64,000 nt of DNA from an uncultured Myxococcales bacterium (GTDB taxonomy: Bacteria > Myxococcota > UBA727 > JABDBI01). Within the stretch, counting starts at the first letter, position 1; every line of letters starts with the position of its first letter. This document shows positions 31,174 through 40,467 of this stretch, piece by piece. Location of the stretch: assembly GCA_964385015.1 (NCBI GenBank), contig CAYLLS010000001.1, positions 101,918 to 165,917 of the forward strand, in the 5' to 3' direction. The position numbers were made by a program, and so were the translations under genes. Below the pieces are notes generated by a model. The model ran no database searches, was not told the DNA's origin, and saw only the letters and a list, made by a program, of their open reading frames with translations.

Positions 31174-31919
31174 GTTTATTTATTAATTTAACATTAAAAG
31201 TATGGAGACAATCGTCAGTATTATCTAATGGTGATTTTATAGAATATAAAGTAAAAGATATTTCTGTTAATATGTCTTTTTTAGAAATGTTGGATCAATT
31301 AAATGAGAATTTAATTGCTAATAATGAAGAGCCAATAGCATTTGAATCAGATTGTAGAGAAGGTATTTGTGGAGCTTGTTCTTTGGTTATAAATGGTGTC
31401 CCTCATGGTCGTGAACAGGGTAGCACTGTATGTCAATTGCATATGCGTTTATTTAAAAATGGAGATGTGATTACTATTGAACCATGGAGGGCTAAAGCTT
31501 TTCCTGTTTTGAAAGATTTAATTGTAGATAGAAGTGCATTAGATAGAATTATGCAAAAAGGAGGATATATATCTGTGAATACAGGATCTGCTCCAGAGGC
31601 TAATAATTTATTAATTGCAAAGGATGTATTAGATGATGTTTTTAATTTTGCTAGTTGTATAGGATGTGGAGCTTGTGTAGCTGCTTGTAAAAATGCTTCT
31701 GCTATGCTATTTGTAGCTGCTAAGGTTGCGCATTTAAATAGTATTCCACAAGGTAAATCTGAAAGTAATATTAGAGTAGTAAAAATGTTAAATCAGATGG
31801 ATTTTGAGGGATTTGGCAGTTGTACTAATATGTTAGAATGTGAAGCAGTATGTCCTAAACAAATTTCTTCTATTAGTATTGCAAATTTAAATTTTGAATA
31901 TATTAAAAATTTTATATAA
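31170..31919 (+). CDS. sdhB: Succinate dehydrogenase iron-sulfur subunit
   Basis: 249 aa; three cysteine clusters [33 protein letters not shown]; ATGA overlap with sdhA. Confidence 0.9.
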   Translation: MSLFINLTLKVWRQSSVLSNGDFIEYKVKDISVNMSFLEMLDQLNENLIANNEEPIAFESDCREGICGACSLVINGVPHGREQGSTVCQLHMRLFKNGDVITIEPWRAKAFPVLKDLIVDRSALDRIMQKGGYISVNTGSAPEANNLLIAKDVLDDVFNFASCIGCGACVAACKNASAMLFVAAKVAHLNSIPQGKSESNIRVVKMLNQMDFEGFGSCTNMLECEAVCPKQISSISIANLNFEYIKNFI

Positions 31920-31923
31920 GCAT

Positions 31924-32976
31924 TTATATATGTTGTATTTTATTTTTAAGTTTATCTATTAATATATCTATATTTCCTGATAGTAGTTTTGTTAAATTGT
32001 ATATAGTGAAAGATATGCGATGATCTGTACATCTATTTTGTGGAAAATTATAAGTTCTAATTTTATCTGATCTTTTAGCTCCTTTAATCATATTTTTTCT
32101 TGTATTAGAACGTTTTTTTTCCATTTCCTCTTGTTTGATTTTATAAATTCTAGATCGTAGAACCATCATAGCTTTGGATTTGTTTTTAATTTGGCTTTTT
32201 TCATCTTGACATTGGACACTAATATTTGTGGGGATATGTGTGATTCTAACTGCAGAATCTGTAGTGTTTACGCTTTGTCCTCCAGGACCACCAGCTCGAA
32301 ATACATCTAATCTAATATCTTTATTTTCTATGTTAATATCAACATCCATAGCTTCTGGCAGAATTGCAACTGTACATGTAGATGTATGTATGCGTCCTTG
32401 TGTTTCAGTATTAGGTATTCTTTGTACTCTATGAATGCCAGCTTCATATTTAAAATATAAATATGCGTTATTACCAGATATTTTTGCTATAACTTCTTTA
32501 ATGCCATGTTTAATATTAGTAGATATGTTAATTATATCTACTATAAAACCTTTTTTTTCTGCAAATTTACTATACATTTGAAATAATGTATATGCGAATA
32601 AACTTGCTTCATTGCCTCCAGTGCCAGATCTTATTTCTAAAATGATATTTTTTTGATCATCAGAATTTTTATTTATTAATAGATGTTGTATTTGTTGTTC
32701 ATGTTTAATTATGTTTTTATTTAATGTTGTATTCTCTTCTTTTAATAATATTATTAGTTCTTTATCATCACAGTTTGTCATTAATTTATTGTTATTTTCT
32801 TTTTCTGTGCATAGTGTTTGGTATTGTTTATAATGATTAATAATAGGCGATAATGATGCAATATTTTGTTTTAATTTTTTGATTTTTACAAAGTTTAAAT
32901 TTGGTTGTTCTATAAGTTTGTTTAAATTATTTAATGTTTGTTGTATGATTTGAATTTTATTAATATTTTTTATCAT
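31924..32976 (-). CDS. prfA: Peptide chain release factor 1
   Basis: 350 aa; GGQ motif FRAGGPGGQSVNTTDSAVRITHIPT and the RF1-type region (GTGGNEASLFAYTLFQMY) align with E. coli RF1. Confidence 0.9.
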   Translation of the reverse strand: MIKNINKIQIIQQTLNNLNKLIEQPNLNFVKIKKLKQNIASLSPIINHYKQYQTLCTEKENNNKLMTNCDDKELIILLKEENTTLNKNIIKHEQQIQHLLINKNSDDQKNIILEIRSGTGGNEASLFAYTLFQMYSKFAEKKGFIVDIINISTNIKHGIKEVIAKISGNNAYLYFKYEAGIHRVQRIPNTETQGRIHTSTCTVAILPEAMDVDINIENKDIRLDVFRAGGPGGQSVNTTDSAVRITHIPTNISVQCQDEKSQIKNKSKAMMVLRSRIYKIKQEEMEKKRSNTRKNMIKGAKRSDKIRTYNFPQNRCTDHRISFTIYNLTKLLSGNIDILIDKLKNKIQHI

Positions 32977-33330
32977 GAATATGATTTATCCTATATACAA
33001 AAATTGATATTTTTAAATATATGTGTTGTTATAATTTTCTTAATGTTATTTCTTTAATGTTTTAAATATAATCCATATAGAAAATATGCAAGGCAATATA
33101 ATAGAACATATAAATATTGTTGTTGGGAACACAACATTCCATATGGAATATTCAATGTCGTTATTTATAGTATTATTATTATATGTATATGTATTAAATA
33201 TGTAAAATAATGTATTTATCATGATGTATTGTATTATATGTGTTATAAATTTTATAAAGTAAATAATTAATGATTATAATTTATGTTATTATATTTGTGA
33301 AAGTTTAATTTTTTATTTTTTTTATATATA

Positions 33331-33528
33331 TTATTTGTTTTGATATTTTCTTTTAAAACGACTAATTCTTCCTTCTGTATCTACTAATTTTGTTTTTCCA
33401 GTAAAAAACGGATGGCAAGCAGAGCAAATATCTATGTTATATTGTTTTGTTGAATGAGTTTTATATGTTGCTCCGCAAGCACAATTTATTATGATGGATA
33501 TATATTTTGGATGTTTGGTTTTATTCAT
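33331..33528 (-). CDS. rpmE: 50S ribosomal protein L31. The track ORF is extended at its 5' end; the true start is the internal Met MNKTKHPKY.
   Basis: [27 protein letters not shown]...[30 protein letters not shown] matches L31 (MKKDIHPKY...CSCG...[12 protein letters not shown]...). Confidence 0.85.
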   Translation of the reverse strand: MNKTKHPKYISIIINCACGATYKTHSTKQYNIDICSACHPFFTGKTKLVDTEGRISRFKRKYQNK

Positions 33529-33630
33529 TAATGTTCCATATTTTATATAAATAATTATAATAGTTATTTTCAAATTTAATATGTATATTATTTTAGTCAA
33601 TATAATTTTAATATAAATATTAAATTATTA

Positions 33631-36267
33631 TTGTTGGTGAGGATATATTATATGATTATTAGTAGTGAAGTATTAAGAGGAAAATTTTTGGAATTTTTTA
33701 TGAGTAGAGGACATTATATTGTTAAAAGTTCATCTTTGGTTCCAATTAATGATAAGAGTTTATTATTTGTTAATTCTGGCATGGTGCAATTTAAAGATGT
33801 ATTTATGGGATTAGAAAGTATTAAGCATAATAAAATATGTAGTATTCAAAAATGCATTAGAGCTGGTGGAAAGCATAATGATTTTTATAATGTTGGACAT
33901 GACAATAGTCATCATGTATTTTTTGAAATGCTTGGTAATTTTTCTTTTAATAATTATTTTAAGGAAGGTGCATGTGTATATGCTTGGGAATTTCTAACTA
34001 AAGAATTATGCATTAATGCTGATAATTTAGTAGTAAGTGTATTTAATGGTGATAATAAATTTCCATTTGATGAGTCTACTTATAATGTATGGAAAAGGCA
34101 TGTCGGTATTAGTGATAGTAAAATTATAAAAAAGGAATTTAAGGATAATTTTTGGCATATGGGTGATATAGGCCCATGTGGACCATGTACTGAAATATAT
34201 TATATAAATAAACATAATATTACAATGGAAGTGTGGAATATTGTTTTTATGGAATATGAGAAAAAAAAAGATCAATCATTAGTATCTTTGCCTTATAAAT
34301 GTGTTGATACTGGTATGGGATTAGAACGATTGTGTACTGTTGTTAATGATTTTGAGAATAATTATCAAAGTGACTTATTTAAAACATATATTGATTTTTG
34401 CAAAAATGAAATTTTTAATTTTAATAATGTTATTAATAATGATAATTATGTTTCATTAAAAATAATCGCTGATCATTGCCGAGCAATTGTTTTTATTATT
34501 GGAGATGGTGTGTTACCTAGTAATGATGGTCGTGGATATGTATTGAGAAAAATTATTAGGAGAGTATTAAAACACATTTATAAAATTAAAGGTAATAAAT
34601 TTCTGTTATATAAAATATGTTTATTAGTTATTGCTAATATGGGTAATTTATATAATGAATTAAAGTTAAGAAAATCATTGATTAAAGAAGTTGTCCAACA
34701 AGAGGAAATTTTGTTTTGTAAAACTTTAGATAGAGGAGCAAAAATTTTTACTTCTATTATTAGATCAAATAGTGCAAAAAAAATTATTAGTGGTGATATA
34801 GTATTTAAATTATATGATAGTTATGGATTGCCTGTTGATATTACGCAGATTTTAGCTGATAAAAATAATATTAAAATTGAATGGTCTGGTTTTGAAAAAG
34901 CAAAATTACAACATACTGTTATGTCTGGTAAAAATATATCATTTTGTAGTGTTAATAATATTTATAGTAAATTAAGTCATGATATTCCATCTACTGTTTT
35001 TATACAAGATTATAATTTAAATATAGAAAGCCATGTACTTGTTTTATTATTACATAATACATCTGTGAATATGCTGAATGAACATGATGTAGGTATGGTA
35101 TGTTTAAATAAAACTGTTTTTTATGGTGAATCTGGAGGTCAAGTAGGTGATATAGGAGTTTTATATAATAAAAATTGCAATATTATTGTATATAATACAA
35201 AAAAAATATTTAATTTATATTGGCATTATATTAAAATCAATAAAGGACAAATAAAAGTTGGAGATATATTAAAATGCACAATTAATGTTATTAGAAGAAA
35301 TCATATTAAACGTCATCATTCTGCAACACATTTATTGCATTATGCTTTAAGATATGTATGTGGGAAACACATAGTGCAACATGGTTCTTTAGTTGATGAT
35401 AAGCATTTAAGATTTGATTTTTCTTATTTTAAAGATTTATCAGATAAACAAATTATAGAAATAGAACATTTAGTAAATGATTTGATTTTAAAATGTGATA
35501 CATTAAAGATTTTTTATGCGTCTTATGATTTAGCGAAAAAAAAGTATAATGCTATTGGTCATTTTGATAGAAAATATTCTGATCTTAAAGAAGTTAGAAT
35601 AGTTCAATTAGGACATAATTCAATAGAATTATGTGGTGGGTCACATGTTGAAAATACAGGTGAAATAGGACAGTTTAAAATTATTAATAGTACTAAAATA
35701 GCTTTTGGCGTAAGAAGAATAGAGGCTATAGCAGGTTTTTTATCGTTAGATAAATCTATTATGTTTAATAATATATTAACAAAAATATCACGTATGTTTG
35801 TTTCTACACCTAATAAAGTTATATATAAATTAAATGATATGTTTAATGAATTAAAAACATTAAAAAAGCAAATTAAAACCTTGAAAAGTATTAATTTATC
35901 ATATAAAGCTAAATTAGCTATTAATAATGTTATTGTTATTAATAAATTTAAAGTGATTATTGAATATATATATAATATAATTGAATTAAATGATATAAGA
36001 TCTTATATTGATTGTTTAAAGAAAGTATTGCATAGTAGTATTATAGTATTAGTTAGCAAAAAAGACATGTCAACTATAATTTCTTTGTCTTTAACTAATG
36101 ATATAAATAATATATTAAGTGCTAAAATATTAATTAAAAAACTTATTAATGTTTTAGGAGGGAATGGAGGAGGAAATAATATATTTGCTCAGATGAGTGT
36201 TTTAAAAATATATAGTATAAAATTTATATTTAATGAAATTAAAAAAATTATTTTTAATATGCAATAA
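33631..36267 (+). CDS. alaS: Alanine--tRNA ligase. The start is probably at the second Met (~33652), MIISSEVLRGKFLEFF.
   Basis: 878 aa; class-II AlaRS core, editing-domain zinc motif RHHSATHLLHYAL, C-terminal oligomerisation region. Confidence 0.9.
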   Translation: MLVRIYYMIISSEVLRGKFLEFFMSRGHYIVKSSSLVPINDKSLLFVNSGMVQFKDVFMGLESIKHNKICSIQKCIRAGGKHNDFYNVGHDNSHHVFFEMLGNFSFNNYFKEGACVYAWEFLTKELCINADNLVVSVFNGDNKFPFDESTYNVWKRHVGISDSKIIKKEFKDNFWHMGDIGPCGPCTEIYYINKHNITMEVWNIVFMEYEKKKDQSLVSLPYKCVDTGMGLERLCTVVNDFENNYQSDLFKTYIDFCKNEIFNFNNVINNDNYVSLKIIADHCRAIVFIIGDGVLPSNDGRGYVLRKIIRRVLKHIYKIKGNKFLLYKICLLVIANMGNLYNELKLRKSLIKEVVQQEEILFCKTLDRGAKIFTSIIRSNSAKKIISGDIVFKLYDSYGLPVDITQILADKNNIKIEWSGFEKAKLQHTVMSGKNISFCSVNNIYSKLSHDIPSTVFIQDYNLNIESHVLVLLLHNTSVNMLNEHDVGMVCLNKTVFYGESGGQVGDIGVLYNKNCNIIVYNTKKIFNLYWHYIKINKGQIKVGDILKCTINVIRRNHIKRHHSATHLLHYALRYVCGKHIVQHGSLVDDKHLRFDFSYFKDLSDKQIIEIEHLVNDLILKCDTLKIFYASYDLAKKKYNAIGHFDRKYSDLKEVRIVQLGHNSIELCGGSHVENTGEIGQFKIINSTKIAFGVRRIEAIAGFLSLDKSIMFNNILTKISRMFVSTPNKVIYKLNDMFNELKTLKKQIKTLKSINLSYKAKLAINNVIVINKFKVIIEYIYNIIELNDIRSYIDCLKKVLHSSIIVLVSKKDMSTIISLSLTNDINNILSAKILIKKLINVLGGNGGGNNIFAQMSVLKIYSIKFIFNEIKKIIFNMQ

Positions 36268-36290
36268 TATTTTCATTATGTATAGATATA

Positions 36291-37292
36291 TTAGTCTAGT
36301 ATAGAAGATATAAATTTAATATCATTAAATTTGTATAAATCATTTATTGTTTCACCAATACTAATATATTTTATTGGTATTTTTAATTCATCTACAATGC
36401 TAATTATATTTCCTCCTTGAGCACTTCCATCTAATTTTGTTAAAATAATACCAGTTATCGGTATATGTTTCATAAATTCTTTTGCTTGTATAATGGAATT
36501 TTTTCCATTGTTAGCATCTATAACTAATAATATTTCATGTGGTGCTTTTGTATAAGCTTTATTTAATGCTTTATACATTTTTTTTAATTGATGCATTAAA
36601 TTGTTTTTTGTATGTAATCTCCCTGCAGTATCACATAATACAATGTTGATATTGTTTTTTTGAGCTTTTTTAACTGCTTTAAATAATATGGATGATGGAT
36701 CTGATTTTTGTTTGTCATATATTATATTTACATTAGTTTTTAATGCCCAAAAATTTAATTGTTGTAAGGCTGCTGCTCTAAATGTATCTCCAGCAGCCAA
36801 TAAAATACTTTTACCATTTATTTTTAATATATTGGCTAATTTGCCAATGGCACTTGTTTTGCCTGAACCATTTACTCCAATAAACATAATAATTGATGGA
36901 TTATCTATGATATTGATATTTTTTGATGTTGTTATATTATTAAATATGCGTTGAAATTCAGATTTTAGTAAGGTTTTGATGGTAGTATCATTAGTTATTA
37001 TATTATCTGTTATATTGCATTGAATATTTTTGATGATTTTATTAATAGTTTTAATGCTAATATCTGTAGATAATAAAGTTTCTTTTAATGTTTTTATGAT
37101 GTCATTATTTTTATTTATGTATTTAGGTTTTATTTTATTGAATAAATAAGTTTTATTATTATTATAAAATATTTTAAATAAATTTTGTTTTTTGTTAACA
37201 TTTTTAATCTTATATTGAATAAGATATATTATTGAATATATTATTGATAATATTATGATTATTTTTATTATATATATTGTTGTAATAGGCAT
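36291..37292 (-). CDS. ftsY: Signal recognition particle receptor FtsY (N/G domains only, no acidic A domain)
   Basis: 333 aa; GTPase motifs FIGVNGSGKTSAIGKLA, DTAGR, TKLDG. Confidence 0.9.
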   Translation of the reverse strand: MPITTIYIIKIIIILSIIYSIIYLIQYKIKNVNKKQNLFKIFYNNNKTYLFNKIKPKYINKNNDIIKTLKETLLSTDISIKTINKIIKNIQCNITDNIITNDTTIKTLLKSEFQRIFNNITTSKNINIIDNPSIIMFIGVNGSGKTSAIGKLANILKINGKSILLAAGDTFRAAALQQLNFWALKTNVNIIYDKQKSDPSSILFKAVKKAQKNNINIVLCDTAGRLHTKNNLMHQLKKMYKALNKAYTKAPHEILLVIDANNGKNSIIQAKEFMKHIPITGIILTKLDGSAQGGNIISIVDELKIPIKYISIGETINDLYKFNDIKFISSILD

Positions 37293-37454
37293 AGTAAAAA
37301 TTTTGTTTATATTGATGATATATTTAATTTTTAATTTATTTTATATCATTAAGTTAATAATTAAAATATAATTATATTATGTATAATGTTTGTAAAGTAT
37401 TATGATATTATTTGACTAAATATCATATATATTATACCATAATTTTAATGTTAA

Positions 37455-37526
37455 GCGGGAGTAACTCAGTGGTAGAGTGTAACCTTGCCATGGTTGAAGT
37501 CGTGGGTTCGAATCCCATCTCTCGCT
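37455..37526 (+). tRNA. tRNA-Gly (anticodon GCC)
   Basis: GCGGGAGTAACTCAGTGGTAGAGTGTAACCTTGCCATGGTTGAAGTCGTGGGTTCGAATCCCATCTCTCGCT is nearly colinear with E. coli tRNA-Gly(GCC); followed by a T-run. Confidence 0.85.
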
Positions 37527-37529
37527 TTT

Positions 37530-38768
37530 TTATTTTTTTTTATTTCTATGATATACTATTTCTCCTTTTTTAAATACTGTTTTTACAGTATTTTTAGTCC
37601 AATTAGAGAAAAAACTCCAAATATTTTGTGTGTTTAATATGCAAAGATCTCCTTGTTTTCCTATATTGATCTGTCCTATATTGTTTCTGTTAACTGCAAG
37701 AGCTGGATTTTTTGTAATGCCTAATAAAGCTTGTTCACATGATAGTTTATATGATGCAACTGCTAATCTGGCGGCATATTGTATGTTATGAGACATTGAT
37801 GATCCAGGATTAAAATCTGTTCCTATACATATTTTTACTTTATTTTTAATTAATTGTTTAATAGGAGGATTGGTATTTATTTGTAAATATTGTTGAGCTA
37901 TAGGCAATATTTCAGTTATAATATTGTTGTCAGTTATATGTTTTATATCTTTATGGTTGATATGTTCTATATGGCTCAGACTTAATATGTCAATATTAGA
38001 CATTGCGTATGCACCATTTGAATGTGTGAATTGTTCTGTATGTGCTTTGCCAATTAATCCAAATTTTTTTGCTTGATTTATTATTGTGATAGCATCATTT
38101 TTGTTGAATGCATGTTTTTCTATAAATATGTCACAAAATTTAGCTAATTTTTTTTTAGCTATTATTGGTATCATTATGTTATTAATATATTTGATATATA
38201 GATTTTTGTTATTTTTGTATTCTATAGGTATGCTATGTGCTCCTAAAAAAGTTGGTTCTATTTCTATAGATTGTTTATTATTTAATATTTGAATTACATT
38301 AAGTAATTTTAATTCATCTTTTAATGTTAATCCATAACCACTTTTGGCCTCAATTGTTGTTATTCCGAATGAAAGCATTTCTTTTAAATATGGTAATGTT
38401 AACTTTATTAATTTTTGTATAGATGTTTTTCTCACATGGTTAACAGTATTTAAAATACCAGATCCTTTATTCATTATATTTAAATATGTAATGCCTTTTG
38501 TTCTTAAATAAAATTCGTATGATCTATCTCCTGAAAAGATTAAGTGTGTATGGCAATCAATTAATCCAGGTATAATAACATTATTATGTGCATTAAATAT
38601 TTTTGTAATTTTTATATTATTGGGTTTTTTATATCCTATCCAATGTATATATCCATGTTTATTAATTAATATTGATAGATTTTTAAATATTCCAAGGTGA
38701 TGCCAGTTTTTCCCATTTAGTGTTATTAGTTTTTTAATATTTTTAATTAATAACATTTTTATTATCAT
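37530..38768 (-). CDS. hutI: Imidazolonepropionase
   Basis: 412 aa; metal-binding GLIDCHTHL motif and amidohydrolase fold signatures. Confidence 0.8.
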   Translation of the reverse strand: MIIKMLLIKNIKKLITLNGKNWHHLGIFKNLSILINKHGYIHWIGYKKPNNIKITKIFNAHNNVIIPGLIDCHTHLIFSGDRSYEFYLRTKGITYLNIMNKGSGILNTVNHVRKTSIQKLIKLTLPYLKEMLSFGITTIEAKSGYGLTLKDELKLLNVIQILNNKQSIEIEPTFLGAHSIPIEYKNNKNLYIKYINNIMIPIIAKKKLAKFCDIFIEKHAFNKNDAITIINQAKKFGLIGKAHTEQFTHSNGAYAMSNIDILSLSHIEHINHKDIKHITDNNIITEILPIAQQYLQINTNPPIKQLIKNKVKICIGTDFNPGSSMSHNIQYAARLAVASYKLSCEQALLGITKNPALAVNRNNIGQINIGKQGDLCILNTQNIWSFFSNWTKNTVKTVFKKGEIVYHRNKKK

Positions 38769-40419
38769 TAATTATTGGAATATAAATGTTATTATTTTTT
38801 GCTATTTTTATAGATACTTTATATCCTGCATCAGCATGCCTTAAAATGCCTAATGTAGGATCTGATATAAGCACTTTTTTAATTCTTTGGTCTGCTTCAT
38901 TACTGCCATCTGCTACCAATACTTGTCCAGCATGCATGCTATATCCCATACCTACTCCTCCTCCTTGATGAAAGCTAACCCAACTAGCTCCATTAACTGC
39001 ATTTACTATAGCATTTAATATAGGCCAATCAGCTATCGCATCTGATCCATCTAACATGTTTTCTGTTTCTCTTGTAGGACTAGCTACAGATCCACAATCT
39101 AAATGGTCTCTACCTATTACTATTGGTGCTTTAATTATATTGTTTTTAACTAATTGATTAAATGCTAATCCAGCTATATGACGTTCTCCATATCCCAACC
39201 AACAAATTCTAGATGGCAATCCTTGAAAATTAATTTTAGTTTGTGCTAAATTTAACCATCTATGTAAACTTTGATTATGTGGAAATAATTGTTTGATAAT
39301 ATTGTCTGTTATTTTTATATCTTTTTTATCTCCAGATAGTGCAACCCATCTAAATGGGCCCATACCTTTGCAAAACAATGGTCTGATATATTCTGGAACG
39401 AATCCTGGATATATAAATGATTTTTTATATCCAGCTATTTTTGCTTCTGTTCTTAAATTATTGCCATAGTCAAATACAGGTATGCCCTTTTCATACCAAG
39501 TGACCATAGTTTTAATGTGTTCTATCATGCTTGTTCGTACTTTATTTAAGTAATCATTTGGATAATGTTGTCTATAATAATTAATTTCATTTATTTTAAT
39601 ATCTTTTGGTATATATCCATACATTGGGTCATGTGCGGATGTTTGATCAGTAATAAGATCTGGATTAAAGTTATATGATAGTAATTGAGGATATATTGAT
39701 GCTGCATTTCCTATAAGGCCTATGCTTAAGCTTTTTTTTTGTTGTTTGGCTTGATTACATAATGCAATAGCTTCTTGTATATTATATGTTTTCATGTCTA
39801 AATATTTGTTTTGTATGCGACGGTCAATATTAGCTTCATTTACTTCTATGCATAAGCATATTCCATTACACATTGTTACCGCTAATGGTTGTGCTCCTCC
39901 CATACCTCCTAACCCTGCAGTTAAAACAATTTTTCCTGAAAGATCACCATCAGTATGAAAATGTTTTTTAGCTGCTTGTGCAAATGTTTCATAGGTACCT
40001 TGTAGTATGCCTTGTGAACCTATATATATCCAAGATCCTGCAGTCATTTGTCCAAACATCATTAGTCCTTTTTTTTCTAAGTCATTAAATGTTTCCCAAT
40101 TAGACCAATTTCCTACTAAATTTGAATTAGCTATAATGATTCTTGGAGCATAATAATGTGTTTTGATAATGCCAACAGGTTTTCCTGATTGTATTAGTAA
40201 TGATTCGTTATTGTTTAATATTTTTAAAGATTTAATAATATTATGATATGCAATCCAATTTCTTGCAGCTTTGCCTCTGCCACCATAAATTATTAATTGA
40301 TTAGGATGTTCGGCTACTTCTGGATTTAAATTGTTCATTAACATTCTCATGGCTGCTTCTTGTATCCAGCCCTTGCATGTTATTGTATTTCCTATTGGAG
40401 CATATATATGGTTTATCAT
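38743..40419 (-). CDS. hutU: Urocanate hydratase
   Basis: 558 aa; MINHIYAPIGNTITCKGWIQEAAMRMLMNNL...YGGRGKAARNW is the typical urocanase N-terminus; NAD-binding GGMGGAQP. Confidence 0.85.
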   Translation of the reverse strand: MINHIYAPIGNTITCKGWIQEAAMRMLMNNLNPEVAEHPNQLIIYGGRGKAARNWIAYHNIIKSLKILNNNESLLIQSGKPVGIIKTHYYAPRIIIANSNLVGNWSNWETFNDLEKKGLMMFGQMTAGSWIYIGSQGILQGTYETFAQAAKKHFHTDGDLSGKIVLTAGLGGMGGAQPLAVTMCNGICLCIEVNEANIDRRIQNKYLDMKTYNIQEAIALCNQAKQQKKSLSIGLIGNAASIYPQLLSYNFNPDLITDQTSAHDPMYGYIPKDIKINEINYYRQHYPNDYLNKVRTSMIEHIKTMVTWYEKGIPVFDYGNNLRTEAKIAGYKKSFIYPGFVPEYIRPLFCKGMGPFRWVALSGDKKDIKITDNIIKQLFPHNQSLHRWLNLAQTKINFQGLPSRICWLGYGERHIAGLAFNQLVKNNIIKAPIVIGRDHLDCGSVASPTRETENMLDGSDAIADWPILNAIVNAVNGASWVSFHQGGGVGMGYSMHAGQVLVADGSNEADQRIKKVLISDPTLGILRHADAGYKVSIKIAKNNNIYIPIINDNKNVIN

Positions 40420-40467
40420 GTGTATGGTTTCCTTTAATGATATTAATGTATAATTTTAATAATATTG

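Noticed and set aside
32977-33630. Possibility that the long rpmE/prfA/alaS spacers hide rnpB, ssrA (tmRNA) or ffs (4.5S RNA)
   Set aside because: These RNAs retain GC-rich conserved helices (for example the tRNA-like end of tmRNA, P4 of RNase P, the GGAA tetraloop helix of SRP RNA). The only GC-rich islands in non-coding DNA here are the four tRNAs, and nothing in these spacers resembles those cores. A covariance-model scan would be needed to be certain.
37527-37545. T-run immediately after tRNA-Gly as a terminator
   Set aside because: Plausible (the tRNA acceptor/T-arm can act as the hairpin), but the T-run also overlaps the 3' end of convergent hutI, and poly-T is ubiquitous here; not reported as a feature.
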